A stretch of DNA of 64,000 nt from a virus, in IMG/VR virus record IMGVR_UViG_3300035698_004085, positions 32,001-96,000 of that record; one strand, given 5' to 3'. The translations under genes were made by a program, and so were the position numbers. This document shows, piece by piece, positions 1 through 11,158 of the stretch. Numbering within the stretch: position 1 is the stretch's first letter; every line of letters begins with the position of its first letter. The notes under the pieces are model-generated. The model did no database searches and was not told where the DNA came from. It saw nothing but the letters and a program-made list of their open reading frames with translations.

Positions 1-2201
1 AAGCGTTATCTAAATTGATAATAGCAAATAGGCAGAGTACGTCGAGCCAAGCTGTTGATGCTGGATTGCCAACTGATGCGTGGGAAGGGCTTGATCTAAC
101 TTATAAAGTAAAACAAGAGGTTGTTACTCAGAAGTTAGAATATACGCAGACATTAAAGAGTGACGAGGCTAATGCTTATAGCAGTGACCTACTTGTTCAG
201 GAAGATCGGTTAATTTATGACTATCCAATGTCTGAAGGTGATTGTGTATTTAATTTGAATGATCCTGTTAGAGTTGCATTTAGAGATCCTTTTGACCCTC
301 GTATTTGGTATTGGATGTTTACTGGGTTTGTCGATACCTGGACTGACGACGCGGGTACTAATTTTGATTCTATTATTTCAATCAATTGTACAGACGTTAC
401 GAAGATGGCTAGATATTCGCTAGCTGAGATAAAGACGGGACTTTTGGATGCTAACATAGAATCTATTATTAATGGAGTTACTACAGAGGATAAGAAAGTT
501 GCAGATACTGGAGTGCCTGCGGCTAATGAGATTTTTTCTTATCTTAGTATTCCTGAAATTTTAGAGATTATCTTTTTTGGATCTGACTCTGCAAAAACGT
601 TAGTAGCTAATAGTGGGTTAGCAATGGCTGAGACGGTGGATGACTTGTTAGCTGATAACCTTTTTGAAACATTGAGCGCTGAGGAGTGGGAATCTAAGTT
701 TATGGCTCAGTTTAACTTTTCTAGAGAAGAGGTACAGAGTTTTATGCCTTCTGCTGATATTCTTGTAGATGTTTCTGCCTCGGGGGGGTATTCTGTTGGT
801 GATATTAGCGACATTTCGTGGTCTACTATTAAGAATAAGGTAGCAGATGCTTATACGGTTCAATCGTTAAAGAGAATAAATCCGTTAAGCTGGTATGGTA
901 TTTCTTCTCCTAGAGATGTTTCATTCAAACGCAGTAGCCCAGGTAGAGGATTGCACATATACGTGTACGGAGAGCCTAGCGCTGCCGATAATGCCTACGG
1001 AGCAACCCCTTTAAAAGATTTGTTTACTCTTAACGAGGAAATCCATCACAGGGTTAGAGAATCAGATCTTAAGGTGATGTCTGCGGCTTCTTCAAATGAG
1101 TATGATACTTTATATGAGATTAATCAGTCTGTAACCTTTGAGTCTCCTAATGCTATTGAAAAGGTAATTAGTAAGATTGGAACTGATTTAACTAATTATC
1201 CTGTGGGGCATGGCAGAGTTATCTATGTAGCTCCTGCCAAGATGGATTCTATAAGCGGAGAGAGCATTCTAGATCGCGGCATGGGTGGAGTTGGGTCTAT
1301 GCACTCAGTCTTTAAGGATCGATTGACTTACTTGTATGACTTAGCAGACATAGTAGAATGGCGGTTTTACGCATCTCCTAGGGGTGATGTTCTATTTGAA
1401 ATGCCATTTTATGATTTTGAACCAGATGCTTTTTTTGAGAGTAGTCAGCAGTCAGAGGATCTGGGAGATACCTATAAGGACAAGACTTTTATTTATGAGT
1501 CTACGTTTGGTGAGCAGTATGCAGGTGACTATGATGAAAATGCAGATGACCTTACCACTATGGCGATGGATTTAAACGCTACTGAGAGTGATATTGATTT
1601 TACAACTACTCCAGTTTTTGATTATAGATCTCACTTTACTATTGAGATACATGAGCAATCCGGTTATAGTAATACAAATACAGATAAGGGAATAATAACT
1701 GTATACAGAGCTAAGGACAATATTGTAGCTAGCTTGGAGCAAGTGAACAATAACGAAGATATTAAGAAGTTCTACTATGCTCCTGATAAGGCGTTAATCC
1801 CTACTCTTGGTTTTAGAATCGAGCAGGGTAATCTGTGGTCGTTTGCTCAGGGAGCTTCGGCTGCTGAGATGTACAGCGCTCTTCAACTAAATAAATTGAA
1901 TTCTTCTGCCAGAAATATAGGTCTTCCTACGCTTCCTAAATTTGGATTGATGGTGAATCGTCCGCTTTACTGGGTTTATAGAAATTATTATGCAAATATC
2001 GTTAGCCTGAATCATAGCTTAGTCTGGAATAGTGATGTTAATACTTCAATAAATCTGAATCAGGTTAGAGCTTGGTCAGGAGCGGTTGACGACAAGAACA
2101 AACCTATTTATCGTCACTTCGGCGATTCTAATCGCCCGTTCAACATGGTTGAGATGTTGTCTAAGGCTAAGTCTAAAGACAATCAGAATAGCGGGGTATA
2201 G
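1..2201 (+). CDS. Baseplate hub / tail protein (5'-truncated; frame open from window start)
   Basis: Frame is open upstream of the TTG at 15. Hub-like segments (FTGFVD...I.CTD..K; LYDLADIVEWRFYASPRGDVLF). Directly upstream of spike, gp25 and J genes. Confidence 0.6.
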   Translation, partial: ALSKLIIANRQSTSSQAVDAGLPTDAWEGLDLTYKVKQEVVTQKLEYTQTLKSDEANAYSSDLLVQEDRLIYDYPMSEGDCVFNLNDPVRVAFRDPFDPRIWYWMFTGFVDTWTDDAGTNFDSIISINCTDVTKMARYSLAEIKTGLLDANIESIINGVTTEDKKVADTGVPAANEIFSYLSIPEILEIIFFGSDSAKTLVANSGLAMAETVDDLLADNLFETLSAEEWESKFMAQFNFSREEVQSFMPSADILVDVSASGGYSVGDISDISWSTIKNKVADAYTVQSLKRINPLSWYGISSPRDVSFKRSSPGRGLHIYVYGEPSAADNAYGATPLKDLFTLNEEIHHRVRESDLKVMSAASSNEYDTLYEINQSVTFESPNAIEKVISKIGTDLTNYPVGHGRVIYVAPAKMDSISGESILDRGMGGVGSMHSVFKDRLTYLYDLADIVEWRFYASPRGDVLFEMPFYDFEPDAFFESSQQSEDLGDTYKDKTFIYESTFGEQYAGDYDENADDLTTMAMDLNATESDIDFTTTPVFDYRSHFTIEIHEQSGYSNTNTDKGIITVYRAKDNIVASLEQVNNNEDIKKFYYAPDKALIPTLGFRIEQGNLWSFAQGASAAEMYSALQLNKLNSSARNIGLPTLPKFGLMVNRPLYWVYRNYYANIVSLNHSLVWNSDVNTSINLNQVRAWSGAVDDKNKPIYRHFGDSNRPFNMVEMLSKAKSKDNQNSGV

Positions 2202-2205
2202 AGAT

Positions 2206-3489
2206 ATGGGATTTAATACTGTACTACCGGGAGCTAGCGCTTTTAGAACCAGGGAAAGAAGCCATGAGTCTCTAGCTTATTCAGTGCATAGAGCGAGGGT
2301 AACTGAAGTTTATATAAATAAAGGGTCTGTTAGGGTTGAGTTGGAGACAGTTAGCTACAATGCTGAGGTTCTATTTCCTTTGGTTGGTCTATCTGCGCCT
2401 CCTAGTTTGACTGAGGAAGGTAAAGCTAATTTTAAGCAGGCTTCTTGGGGGAGGTATATTCCTCAAGTTGGAGATATGATGTTAGTAGCTTTTGGCGCTA
2501 ACATGGAGTTGTATGCTCTAGGGTATACGGCTGTCTTTTATCCAGGGTTTGACATAGCTGACGAACAGAACGAAACAACTGGCGGAATTGGTTGGGGAGA
2601 TATTTCTGCAAAAGAGATGAAGCCTGGGGATTGGGATTTTAAATCAGCTAGAAATGCTTCATTGTATTTAGGAGAGAAAGCTAAGATAGCTTCTGGTACG
2701 TGTTCATCCACCTATAATCAGAGTACTCAGGATATAACGAATACTGCTACGCTGCATATGGATAAGTCTGGATCTTCTACTAGGTTATTTGGAGCTGTAA
2801 GAAGGTTTCTGCTACCAACTGATTCTGAGGAGACATACGTTCCTTCAGGTAGGGGCATTACCTACGCACAGGAGCATACAACATCCGTTAAATGGGACGG
2901 TATTCCTGGAGGAGCTGAGTTAGCTAGGTTGTCTATGGGTGACGTAATGGACGATAGCATACCGTCTGTGATGCTCAAGCTTTCTACGTTTGGTCAGCCA
3001 ACTCGTCGCCATTTTTCTGCTAATGATTTTTCAGGGCTTGTTCCTGTTTATGACGAAATTACTGATTGCCTGGGTAACTATGAAGTATTGTCCGTTACTG
3101 GTACTAATTTTATGTGGACAACTGCTCTGGCAAGTTGGAATATAACCAACTTGAATACTACGTTGAATTCTAGCGCTGCTATAAGCCTGACATCTGGCGC
3201 AGCGATGACTCTTAATTCTGGGGCTGCTCTTAGTCTTACGTCTACTGGAAATACGGTGATAACGGCTCCCGTTACTCAGATAGGGAGCGCTGCGGCTTCA
3301 AGTCCTGCAGTTAAGGGCACTGAATATTTGGCAGCGTTTAATGCTTTTTTGACGGCTGTAGTGAGCGCAACTGCGGTAGTGGGGACTGCTCCTCAGAATG
3401 CTACAGCACTAACAGCTATTGGGGCAGCTGCAACAGCATTACAGTCATTAATAGGAAATACAGTTTCAAGTAAGGTATTGGTGGAATAA
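2206..3489 (+). CDS. Baseplate central spike (gpV/gp5-like)
   Basis: N-terminal OB-fold-like RARVTEV...VRVEL...YIPQVGDMMLVAF. C-terminal L(T/N)S(G)AA beta-helix repeats and a PAVKG...SSKV tip. ATG at 2206 preferred over 2086, which overlaps the previous gene. Confidence 0.65.
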   Translation: MGFNTVLPGASAFRTRERSHESLAYSVHRARVTEVYINKGSVRVELETVSYNAEVLFPLVGLSAPPSLTEEGKANFKQASWGRYIPQVGDMMLVAFGANMELYALGYTAVFYPGFDIADEQNETTGGIGWGDISAKEMKPGDWDFKSARNASLYLGEKAKIASGTCSSTYNQSTQDITNTATLHMDKSGSSTRLFGAVRRFLLPTDSEETYVPSGRGITYAQEHTTSVKWDGIPGGAELARLSMGDVMDDSIPSVMLKLSTFGQPTRRHFSANDFSGLVPVYDEITDCLGNYEVLSVTGTNFMWTTALASWNITNLNTTLNSSAAISLTSGAAMTLNSGAALSLTSTGNTVITAPVTQIGSAAASSPAVKGTEYLAAFNAFLTAVVSATAVVGTAPQNATALTAIGAAATALQSLIGNTVSSKVLVE

Positions 3490-3983
3490 TGAGTTTATTA
3501 ACTACAATAGCAGTTTGTATTGCAAGATGGCTATACGAGCAAGCTTCTGCTATCCTTCAAGCTCTTCGTGCATTTGTTGAAATGCTGATAGCAATGATTG
3601 ATGCTCAGATTTTAGCGTTACGCGCAATTATTGCTATGCTTGATCTTGCTAAATTTGTTGAGGAGCAAGTATGGAGTAGGGTTGAGGCTGTTATTGACCA
3701 GATTAGAAATGCTTTAATGGCTGGGTTGCCGGGTCCTGGACAGGATCTATGTCCTGAGTTTTATGCTGCATTTAGCAATCCTGCTTTGGCTTTATTGGAA
3801 GCTGCCTTGGCTGCGTTTATGCCGTACAAGGATAGATGGTTATCTTTTGTTTCTTTAACTGACAGGTTTGACCAGTTATTAACTTATTGGACAGCAACTA
3901 AACAACAACTGTTAGCGATGTTAGACGTTATCGATGACGCACTATATCAAGCGTTGATGGATGAGGCACACTCAATCGAGTAA
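3489..3983 (+). CDS. Hypothetical helical protein in baseplate operon
   Basis: 164-aa ORF coupled to the spike gene (TAATG overlap). Confidence 0.6.
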   Translation: MSLLTTIAVCIARWLYEQASAILQALRAFVEMLIAMIDAQILALRAIIAMLDLAKFVEEQVWSRVEAVIDQIRNALMAGLPGPGQDLCPEFYAAFSNPALALLEAALAAFMPYKDRWLSFVSLTDRFDQLLTYWTATKQQLLAMLDVIDDALYQALMDEAHSIE

Positions 3984-3996
3984 AAAGGTTTGAAAA

Positions 3997-4437
3997 ATGG
4001 CTAAGACTTTAGAATGGGCTAATGGAGATATGGTAAGATCGGGGAATAATCAGGGATATTCTTATATTGCTGATAAAGCTAAAACTCAACAAGATGTTGA
4101 ATTAGTGTTAACGACCGATACTCGAAAGTCAACAGGTTTAGGCTGTGGGCTTGATTCACTGATTGGAGATGAGACTATGAGCGCGTTAGAATCATATTCT
4201 CAATTCCCAATTATGTTTGATTTTCAAACGGCTGTTAGGGTTGGCTTAAGCAGATTAAAGGGAGCACAGAGGCGATATTTGTTTGATAAGCGCACGCCAC
4301 AAGAGGTCCTTTATGATTTTTCTCCAGTAGATATGCAGATTGATACGAGTGATTTTAGGAATTTTAAATGGAGACTAGACATTTTGACGGAGGATGGAAC
4401 TTTTGATTTCTCCGTCTCCGGCAGTACTAGGAGTTAA
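3997..4437 (+). CDS. Baseplate wedge subunit, gp25/W-like
   Basis: 146 aa; KTQQDVELVLTT...GLGCGLDSLIG pattern; sits immediately before baseplate J. Confidence 0.6.
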   Translation: MAKTLEWANGDMVRSGNNQGYSYIADKAKTQQDVELVLTTDTRKSTGLGCGLDSLIGDETMSALESYSQFPIMFDFQTAVRVGLSRLKGAQRRYLFDKRTPQEVLYDFSPVDMQIDTSDFRNFKWRLDILTEDGTFDFSVSGSTRS

Positions 4438-4439
4438 TA

Positions 4440-5864
4440 ATGCCTGTTGAACGAATTACGTCAGATACTTTTGCCTCGCAATTAGTCTTAGGTATTAATA
4501 GTCGAGATGCTACGATAGATACAAGAATCGGCGGTGTTAGGGATATATTTATAGATCCTCTTTCTGAGGTGTTAGAGAATCAGAATGATAGGGTTGTATA
4601 CTTAAATAACCTATTCAGCTTGAAAAACGCAGGTAAATTAGTACCAGACGATGTTGACGATTTAGTATATAATGAGGGTATTGTTAGGTGGAGTGGCTCA
4701 AGATCTATGACTACGCTTACGTTCTCTCGTACAACGCCCCCTACGGTGGATATAACGGTTCCTATCAGCTTTCCGGTATCAACAACCGTTACTGCGGCTA
4801 CGGGCGTCTCAGTGGTGTTTAGAACGATTGAGACAAAGACTATGTATGCTGCTTCAGCAAGCAGTTACTATAATGCGGATACTGGAAAATACGAATTAGA
4901 AGTTTCATCAGCTAGTATTACTTTAGGGATTTCAGCTCAGGTAGGAGCCTTTACGGTTACTCAAATGAGGCGTCCACTAGCTCAATTCGAAGAAGTAACT
5001 AATACAGTGGTTACTTCTTCAGGTAAGAGTCTTGAAACTAATACAGAGATGGCAGATAGGTATCTGTTACATATTGAAGGATCACAACTAGGATCTCCTG
5101 CTGGTTTAAAAAGCTTTCTTTTGGATACGATAAGCACTGTTGAAGACGCATATATTGTGTATGGAGAGAATACGTCATTAACTCGTGAGCAAGACGATGC
5201 TGGCGCGGTAGATGTTTGGGTTAAGGGATCTATTCCTACGGCTCGCACTTACGTTACTTTGTATAATGGAACTGCGACTTTAAATGCTGTAGACTTTCAA
5301 CCACTCATAAGTGTGTCTTCTGTTTCATCTGTAGCTACGGGGCTTACTTATACAGAGGGAACTGATTATCTTGTGGAAACAGGAGTTGGTGAATACGCAT
5401 ATAGTAAATTAGCGGCTGATGGTATTAGGTGGATTTCTGGTGGATCTCACCCTGCGGTTGGAGATGATCTTGTTATAGTCTATACTTATAATTCTCTTAT
5501 GAATATTTTGACTGCGTTCTTTAAGCAGGGCGAGTACTATTCTTTTGGGTCTGATAGATTGTTTAGGTGGGCACAAGCTCTTTATTTGGAGATTGAAGCG
5601 ACGTTAAAGGTTCGCTCAGGTAATCCTAGTGTTGTTTTAGCCCTGGTTAGAAATGCCGTGTTGACTTATGTAAATGCTTTGAAGTTGAATGATAACGTAG
5701 AAGAATTTGACGTCGATATTTTGGTAGGAAAAATTTATGGGGTTGATAATTGGACGTGGACAACGCTTGCGGTTACAGACGGAACTGGAGTTTCTGACAT
5801 TGAGGTTTCTCCAAAGAATTATGCTCAATTGTTAGAAGCTGATTTTGTTATTAATTTGTCATAG
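4440..5864 (+). CDS. Baseplate J-like wedge protein
   Basis: GGVRDIFIDP; G.S.ETNTEMADR; DAGAVDVWVKG motifs typical of baseplate J. Confidence 0.85.
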   Translation: MPVERITSDTFASQLVLGINSRDATIDTRIGGVRDIFIDPLSEVLENQNDRVVYLNNLFSLKNAGKLVPDDVDDLVYNEGIVRWSGSRSMTTLTFSRTTPPTVDITVPISFPVSTTVTAATGVSVVFRTIETKTMYAASASSYYNADTGKYELEVSSASITLGISAQVGAFTVTQMRRPLAQFEEVTNTVVTSSGKSLETNTEMADRYLLHIEGSQLGSPAGLKSFLLDTISTVEDAYIVYGENTSLTREQDDAGAVDVWVKGSIPTARTYVTLYNGTATLNAVDFQPLISVSSVSSVATGLTYTEGTDYLVETGVGEYAYSKLAADGIRWISGGSHPAVGDDLVIVYTYNSLMNILTAFFKQGEYYSFGSDRLFRWAQALYLEIEATLKVRSGNPSVVLALVRNAVLTYVNALKLNDNVEEFDVDILVGKIYGVDNWTWTTLAVTDGTGVSDIEVSPKNYAQLLEADFVINLS

Positions 5865-5874
5865 GGGTTATTAG

Positions 5875-6873
5875 ATGGCTAAGTTCCAGACATTCACATA
5901 CGGCTCGTCAGTGTTGTACGGGCTTTATCCGGTAATTGATTTAATTAACCCTACGAGTGGTCCCGTTAGTGGAGGTCAGCCGTTCGTTATTCGAGGTGAC
6001 GGCTTTGACTATGATGATTTTAACGATGATTTTACTGCTGGTGTTTTAAACCTAGCTAAATGGCTGGATATAAGTTCTGGTACGGGTACTGTTGCAACCG
6101 GAAGCTCTCATCTACAATTAAATACTGGCGCTACTGCTGGATCTGTTGCAGGGGTAGAATCATTAAGACCTTTTGTTAACGCTCAATATGAAGCAAGAGT
6201 AAACGTTCCTACTATCTCAGCGTACCCTACTTCATCTGTAGAGCTAGTAAAGCTCTCTTTGTACATTGACGCTAATAATCACGCTGACCTAACTATAAAT
6301 TTAGGAACGTCATCTTCTGACTTGACTTTAGACTGTGATATTTATGTCGGTGGAGTTTTGCTAGAGACTTATTCAACAAGTTGGACTACGGGACTATCTA
6401 CTTTTAAGTTATTGAGGTGGACTAGCGATGTATACTTTTACGCTAATGGTTCTCTAATTTTTAAAAGTGAGAAGTTTACGGCTACAACTGGTACGTATCG
6501 AGTATATTCTTATAACGGAGGTGCCGCTTATAGTATTGTCAATACAGTGGTTGAGAGCATGAACTATGTGCCTTTTGTTGTGTTTGATAATGCGGTTGTT
6601 CATGATTTGTTAGTAGTAAGTAACCAGCGTGCTAGGGGTTTGACTCCACCTAGTTTAGATAAGAAAGACCGAAGTGAAGGCTATGCGGGGCTTGTAGATG
6701 TTTCTATAGTGGGCGGGATAACGGTTACTACTGCTGACTTGTATACGTACTACTATGAAGACGTGCTAACGCTTATGGATAATGAACAGTTTGGGGTAAA
6801 ATTGTCTGATATAACGGATTCTACAGTGAGAACTCCTACAAACGTTTCTAGAGGATTAGGAGGAGGTAAATAA
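5875..6873 (+). CDS. Virion protein: IPT/TIG domain with inserted lectin-like beta-sandwich
   Basis: INPTSGPVSGGQPFVIRGDGF at the N-terminus and VVSNQRARGLTPP...GLVDVSIV...YTY at the C-terminus flank a ~190-aa DDF...W beta-rich insert. Confidence 0.55.
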   Translation: MAKFQTFTYGSSVLYGLYPVIDLINPTSGPVSGGQPFVIRGDGFDYDDFNDDFTAGVLNLAKWLDISSGTGTVATGSSHLQLNTGATAGSVAGVESLRPFVNAQYEARVNVPTISAYPTSSVELVKLSLYIDANNHADLTINLGTSSSDLTLDCDIYVGGVLLETYSTSWTTGLSTFKLLRWTSDVYFYANGSLIFKSEKFTATTGTYRVYSYNGGAAYSIVNTVVESMNYVPFVVFDNAVVHDLLVVSNQRARGLTPPSLDKKDRSEGYAGLVDVSIVGGITVTTADLYTYYYEDVLTLMDNEQFGVKLSDITDSTVRTPTNVSRGLGGGK

Positions 6874-9800
6874 TGTCTACCTTTCCTACAGTAGATCGCT
6901 ATTCTAATTTAGTACGGGGAATTATCTCTGGTGACTTTTATGCTAGTGAGGGAATTGTTATACCTTATAGATCTGGCGTAACAACTTTAAGGCTTGAGAC
7001 TTCTTCTCCAAATACTGAATATGGAATTTACGTTAACGAGACTTTTTCAGGGTCTGAAGTTTCAGATGTTAATGGAAATGTAGTATTATCCAGGAAGCTT
7101 CCTCAAGGTGAAGTTACTCTAACGTTGTTGAATCGTAGTACTGGTCAAGAGATAAAGACTTATGTGACGGTTAGAGACTATGCTATTTGGCTTGCGACCT
7201 ATGCTGAAGCTCTAGAAACAATAGACGATAATATTCTTCAGGTTCGTAGCAATGTTTCTATTGAAGATGCTGAGTTGTCGGCGTTACAAGAGGTTTATGG
7301 AAAACCGGTAGACACTTATGCTGATGTTGGTCAGGAAACAGAAGCTTATAGGCATCAGATACATGAGCTAAGACTTGCCTATCGTAACTTTGGCACTCGA
7401 TATAAAGGTTTTGAAGAAGCGATTGCAGAATTTACTCAGGTTCCTCCGTTTGGCTATACTCGTAGAAAATGGGGACCTAATTGGGTTTTAGATCAATCCA
7501 TGCTCATTAATCATAGGTTTAAAGAGAGATCTAATTCTCTTACTAACTCTACGGGAAACATTACTGGGCTTACGCTAGTGGGCGTTGAGCCTGATGTTGT
7601 GTCTAACCCTGGTACTGCTCACGTTATTGACTATACTGTCGCTACAAACGTTCTTACGTGGACGCCAGACGGAGTAGCTGGTCCTACCGTAGAGGCGAAT
7701 GACGGTGAATTGTTTCTTCCAGGTCCTCCAGATTCTCGTCCTGCTTATGCTCTTGGTAGGGATGTTTCAGTAACAGCTTATAGCATTATTGCAGGTGGTG
7801 CTTTAGATAATGACTATATTTATTTAAATATAGATAAAAAGGGAATCGCTGCAATCCAGCTTACGACTGGATTGCCAGCTCCAACTCCTGCAAATGTTGC
7901 TACAGATATTAATTACGAGTTGAGTAATGCTTTAGGAACTTATTTTTTACAATACGGAGCTGCTTATTCAGCTGTTGCTTCTGTGTATAATAGCAAGTTA
8001 TTGATTGATTCTCCTGTAGCAACTGGATCTTCTGTAGAGATTTTAGAAGGAACTGAGAGCGGAGCGGGAGAGCTTTTTGGAATATCACCTGGAGATGTTC
8101 AATTTCCTGCTGGTGAAGTTCTTAATGGAATTGAGTTACATAATTTTGGTGGAACGATTCCTTTTATGGGAACTGCTACGTTAGAGCATACTTATGATGA
8201 TACTTTGACTCCGCCTAATAGCTTAAAGTGGAAATCGACTAATGGAGCTTACGGAGTTTCAGTTAATGTTGATGAAAACGGGTCTTATACTTTAACAGAT
8301 ACAATTGGAGCTACTGTTACGGTTTATTGTTATGTGTCTGAGATGGATACTCAAGCTGGTGCTCCATTAACTACCGTAACTACTTTTTCAATAGGGTTTA
8401 ACCGATACAACGAAAATCTGTTAGAGACTCAAGGTTGTTGGGTTACTATTGACTCTTCTCTATTACCTATTGCTAATCAGACTGACACAATTGTTGTTTA
8501 TGACGACGTAACAGACGGATATACTGAGACTCCTGATTATTGGTTTATAGAGCCTGATCCGCTTATAGCTATTACAACGGTGTTTGCTCCTTCTGATATT
8601 GTTAGGGGAAAAGAGGATGAGCTAGATTCATCACCTGCGTATCGGTGGAGAACGTCAGATTCTTCAAAAGAAACTTCTTATGCTATTATTTCGCACGTTT
8701 TAAAGTTTCCTTTGATAAGCGATACTCCAAGGGGTAGTAACTATCCTCAACAAGACCCTGGGTTATTCTATGATTATGAGGGATACGAGACTAAATTTTC
8801 AGGATGGTTTAAGTCTCTTAGTAGGTTTGGCGCGGTTACTGCTACTTTAGCTTTTTCATTTGATGGAGGAGATAACTGGATTTCTGGCGTTGCTACTACA
8901 ATCAATAGTGATATTGGAACCCACGGCTATGACCATTATACGTATGTAGAATTAAGCACAATAATACCTGCTGATATTCAGTATAGGGAAACTGCGGCTT
9001 TAACCTATGAAGATTCTGGAGTTCTAGCAAGAGTAACGTTTGATTCAGCTTGGGGTTATATTGATGTTTGGTCAGATAGCCTTAACGTAGAGGTGAAATA
9101 TATCTCTTCAAGGTCTTTAACTAATGCTACTGTTGCAAGATCAAGGCATCGTCAATACTTTGGAGAATTAGCTTGGGTATGGGCACCCGAAGAACTAAGC
9201 GTTAACGAGCAAAAGTATATAGGCGTTCCTTATATGGACTCAGACAAGACTACTGTGTATGCGGGAGTTACTCTTACTCATATTGATTCTGATACTCCAA
9301 CAGGTACGGCTTCTTTAGAATATGAATATAACTCTACTCTGAATACAAAGAGACTAAGGTGGATTCCTTCTGGTACAACCTATGGAGCAGGAGTTGGGTG
9401 GTCTTCTATTACAGGTGATGGATCTTACGAGTTGACTGCTCCTGATGCGTCTACAATTACTGTGTCTGTTATTTATGCTATTCTTCCTGTGTTGACTGGC
9501 ACTATGCCTGTTTCTACTTCTAAATCTATTGTTATAAGTAACTCTTCCGTGCATCAAGGACATTCTAGGAAGATTTTGCCTGCTCATTCTGCTTTAGATA
9601 TTTTGGATGTTACTGAATATGACTCTTCTGGCGTTCCAATAAATCTATTCGGCGTTATTACCGAACCTGATTTCTCACTATGTGGTTTGGTGAACGCAGA
9701 AGTAATCTCAGCAGATCCTTTTAAATACGCATATGCTGCTCCAGAATTCTTACCACAAACTGGAGAAGCCTTATCCTTTGCTACTGTAGGTCCTGATGAA

Positions 9801-10592
9801 GTTGCTACTTTAGTTTATTATTCAGACGAAGACCAAACTGAAGCAGTTCTTTACGAAGATGGAATTCCTGTATCAAATGATATGTGGAGCTTTACTGCGG
9901 CAAATACTCTTGCTATTCCTACAACTTGGTTTACCGGAGGTTCTTTAGATGCTTCAGCGGTATTTACACTGGACTATAACCTTCTGTATCAAGTTACTTC
10001 AACAATCTTGGAATTAGACGCTACCTATCAAGATTACATGTGGCTAGCTGACTATTTCTTGTGGGAACGTTTTGATAATGTTCTAGGTGAGTACGCTGCT
10101 GAAACATCGTTAATCTTTAACTTTGATAACGGACAAGCGGTTTTGTCAAAGAAATCAACAGCGGATAAGTCAACTGCTTCATTATGGGTACAAGAAGCAG
10201 CTGAGCTAAGAGAAATACCTAAGCGTTATTGGGATTTTAAGGACGATAAGACTATTCAAATCGAGATTGCATATTTAGTGAATGGTCAATACTACTTAGA
10301 GCACTATGAAAAGCGCGTTTATGAGGAATCTAGACTAACAACTACTTTTGAGCATAGGTCCGCGTCAACTGCTCTTTTGACGGCTTCTGCTACGTGGGAA
10401 GAAGTAGACAAGAACGAGAACATTGAGGTTAACCAGACAGTACCTCACCAGTTCCATCAGCTGCGTTTGTCAATCTCTGGTATAAGGGACTTGAGAGACT
10501 TTAAGATTAGATCAATGGTTCTGAAGGGACTTAAAATGTTTGGGTCAAGCCCTTATGTGCCTGGGTTGACCAATATTTGGAAAGTAGATTAA
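6873..10592 (+). CDS. Large baseplate wedge / tail structural protein
   Basis: 1239 aa. LQEVYG...EAYRHQIHEL..AY.NFGT..GFEEAIAEFT resembles tail-protein-I/wedge domains. Beta-rich internal repeats. Confidence 0.6.
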   Translation: MSTFPTVDRYSNLVRGIISGDFYASEGIVIPYRSGVTTLRLETSSPNTEYGIYVNETFSGSEVSDVNGNVVLSRKLPQGEVTLTLLNRSTGQEIKTYVTVRDYAIWLATYAEALETIDDNILQVRSNVSIEDAELSALQEVYGKPVDTYADVGQETEAYRHQIHELRLAYRNFGTRYKGFEEAIAEFTQVPPFGYTRRKWGPNWVLDQSMLINHRFKERSNSLTNSTGNITGLTLVGVEPDVVSNPGTAHVIDYTVATNVLTWTPDGVAGPTVEANDGELFLPGPPDSRPAYALGRDVSVTAYSIIAGGALDNDYIYLNIDKKGIAAIQLTTGLPAPTPANVATDINYELSNALGTYFLQYGAAYSAVASVYNSKLLIDSPVATGSSVEILEGTESGAGELFGISPGDVQFPAGEVLNGIELHNFGGTIPFMGTATLEHTYDDTLTPPNSLKWKSTNGAYGVSVNVDENGSYTLTDTIGATVTVYCYVSEMDTQAGAPLTTVTTFSIGFNRYNENLLETQGCWVTIDSSLLPIANQTDTIVVYDDVTDGYTETPDYWFIEPDPLIAITTVFAPSDIVRGKEDELDSSPAYRWRTSDSSKETSYAIISHVLKFPLISDTPRGSNYPQQDPGLFYDYEGYETKFSGWFKSLSRFGAVTATLAFSFDGGDNWISGVATTINSDIGTHGYDHYTYVELSTIIPADIQYRETAALTYEDSGVLARVTFDSAWGYIDVWSDSLNVEVKYISSRSLTNATVARSRHRQYFGELAWVWAPEELSVNEQKYIGVPYMDSDKTTVYAGVTLTHIDSDTPTGTASLEYEYNSTLNTKRLRWIPSGTTYGAGVGWSSITGDGSYELTAPDASTITVSVIYAILPVLTGTMPVSTSKSIVISNSSVHQGHSRKILPAHSALDILDVTEYDSSGVPINLFGVITEPDFSLCGLVNAEVISADPFKYAYAAPEFLPQTGEALSFATVGPDEVATLVYYSDEDQTEAVLYEDGIPVSNDMWSFTAANTLAIPTTWFTGGSLDASAVFTLDYNLLYQVTSTILELDATYQDYMWLADYFLWERFDNVLGEYAAETSLIFNFDNGQAVLSKKSTADKSTASLWVQEAAELREIPKRYWDFKDDKTIQIEIAYLVNGQYYLEHYEKRVYEESRLTTTFEHRSASTALLTASATWEEVDKNENIEVNQTVPHQFHQLRLSISGIRDLRDFKIRSMVLKGLKMFGSSPYVPGLTNIWKVD

Positions 10593-10593
10593 A

Positions 10594-11064
10594 ATGAAGT
10601 TTCTATATATTTTAGGGTTTCTATGGGCGCTGCCTATGTCAATTTTTGCTTGGATGCTAATTTTAGTATTATATTTTACAAAACAGATTGAAAAATCCGA
10701 TGTTTCTGATTCGCTTACCTTTATTATTGACCTTAAGAATTCAGGTTGGTTTTGTAAGAAGGCATTTACCGAAAGAGGTTGGTTTGGCTTTGTTCTAGGA
10801 AATACAATATTTTTGGTAGATATTGATGATGAGCGCTATGCGAGGGCTTTAAGGCACGAGCAAGAGCATGTTTATCAAATGTATAAATGCGGGATTTTCT
10901 TCTTTGCTCTGTACATTATTGAGAGCTTGAGGATTTATATGTTTGTTAAAGAGGAACATTCGTACTACGATAACTGGTTTGAAGTTGAAGCTCGTAGGGC
11001 TGCTGGTCAGCCAATCCAGATACCTAAAAGTTTCTGGAAGGATGACCGATGGATTTGGTGGTAG
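10594..11064 (+). CDS. Membrane-anchored HExxH zinc metallopeptidase-like protein
   Basis: N-terminal hydrophobic helix; LRHEQEHVYQ; YYDNWFEVEAR (third ligand). Confidence 0.65.
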   Translation: MKFLYILGFLWALPMSIFAWMLILVLYFTKQIEKSDVSDSLTFIIDLKNSGWFCKKAFTERGWFGFVLGNTIFLVDIDDERYARALRHEQEHVYQMYKCGIFFFALYIIESLRIYMFVKEEHSYYDNWFEVEARRAAGQPIQIPKSFWKDDRWIWW

Positions 11065-11158
11065 TGTGTGTTTTGTTAAGATTTATTAAGTTAAGTTTAA
11101 AATCCCTACAGAAGGTTTGCTACACTTTATGTGTAGATGATTCAAGGAGATTTTAAGA

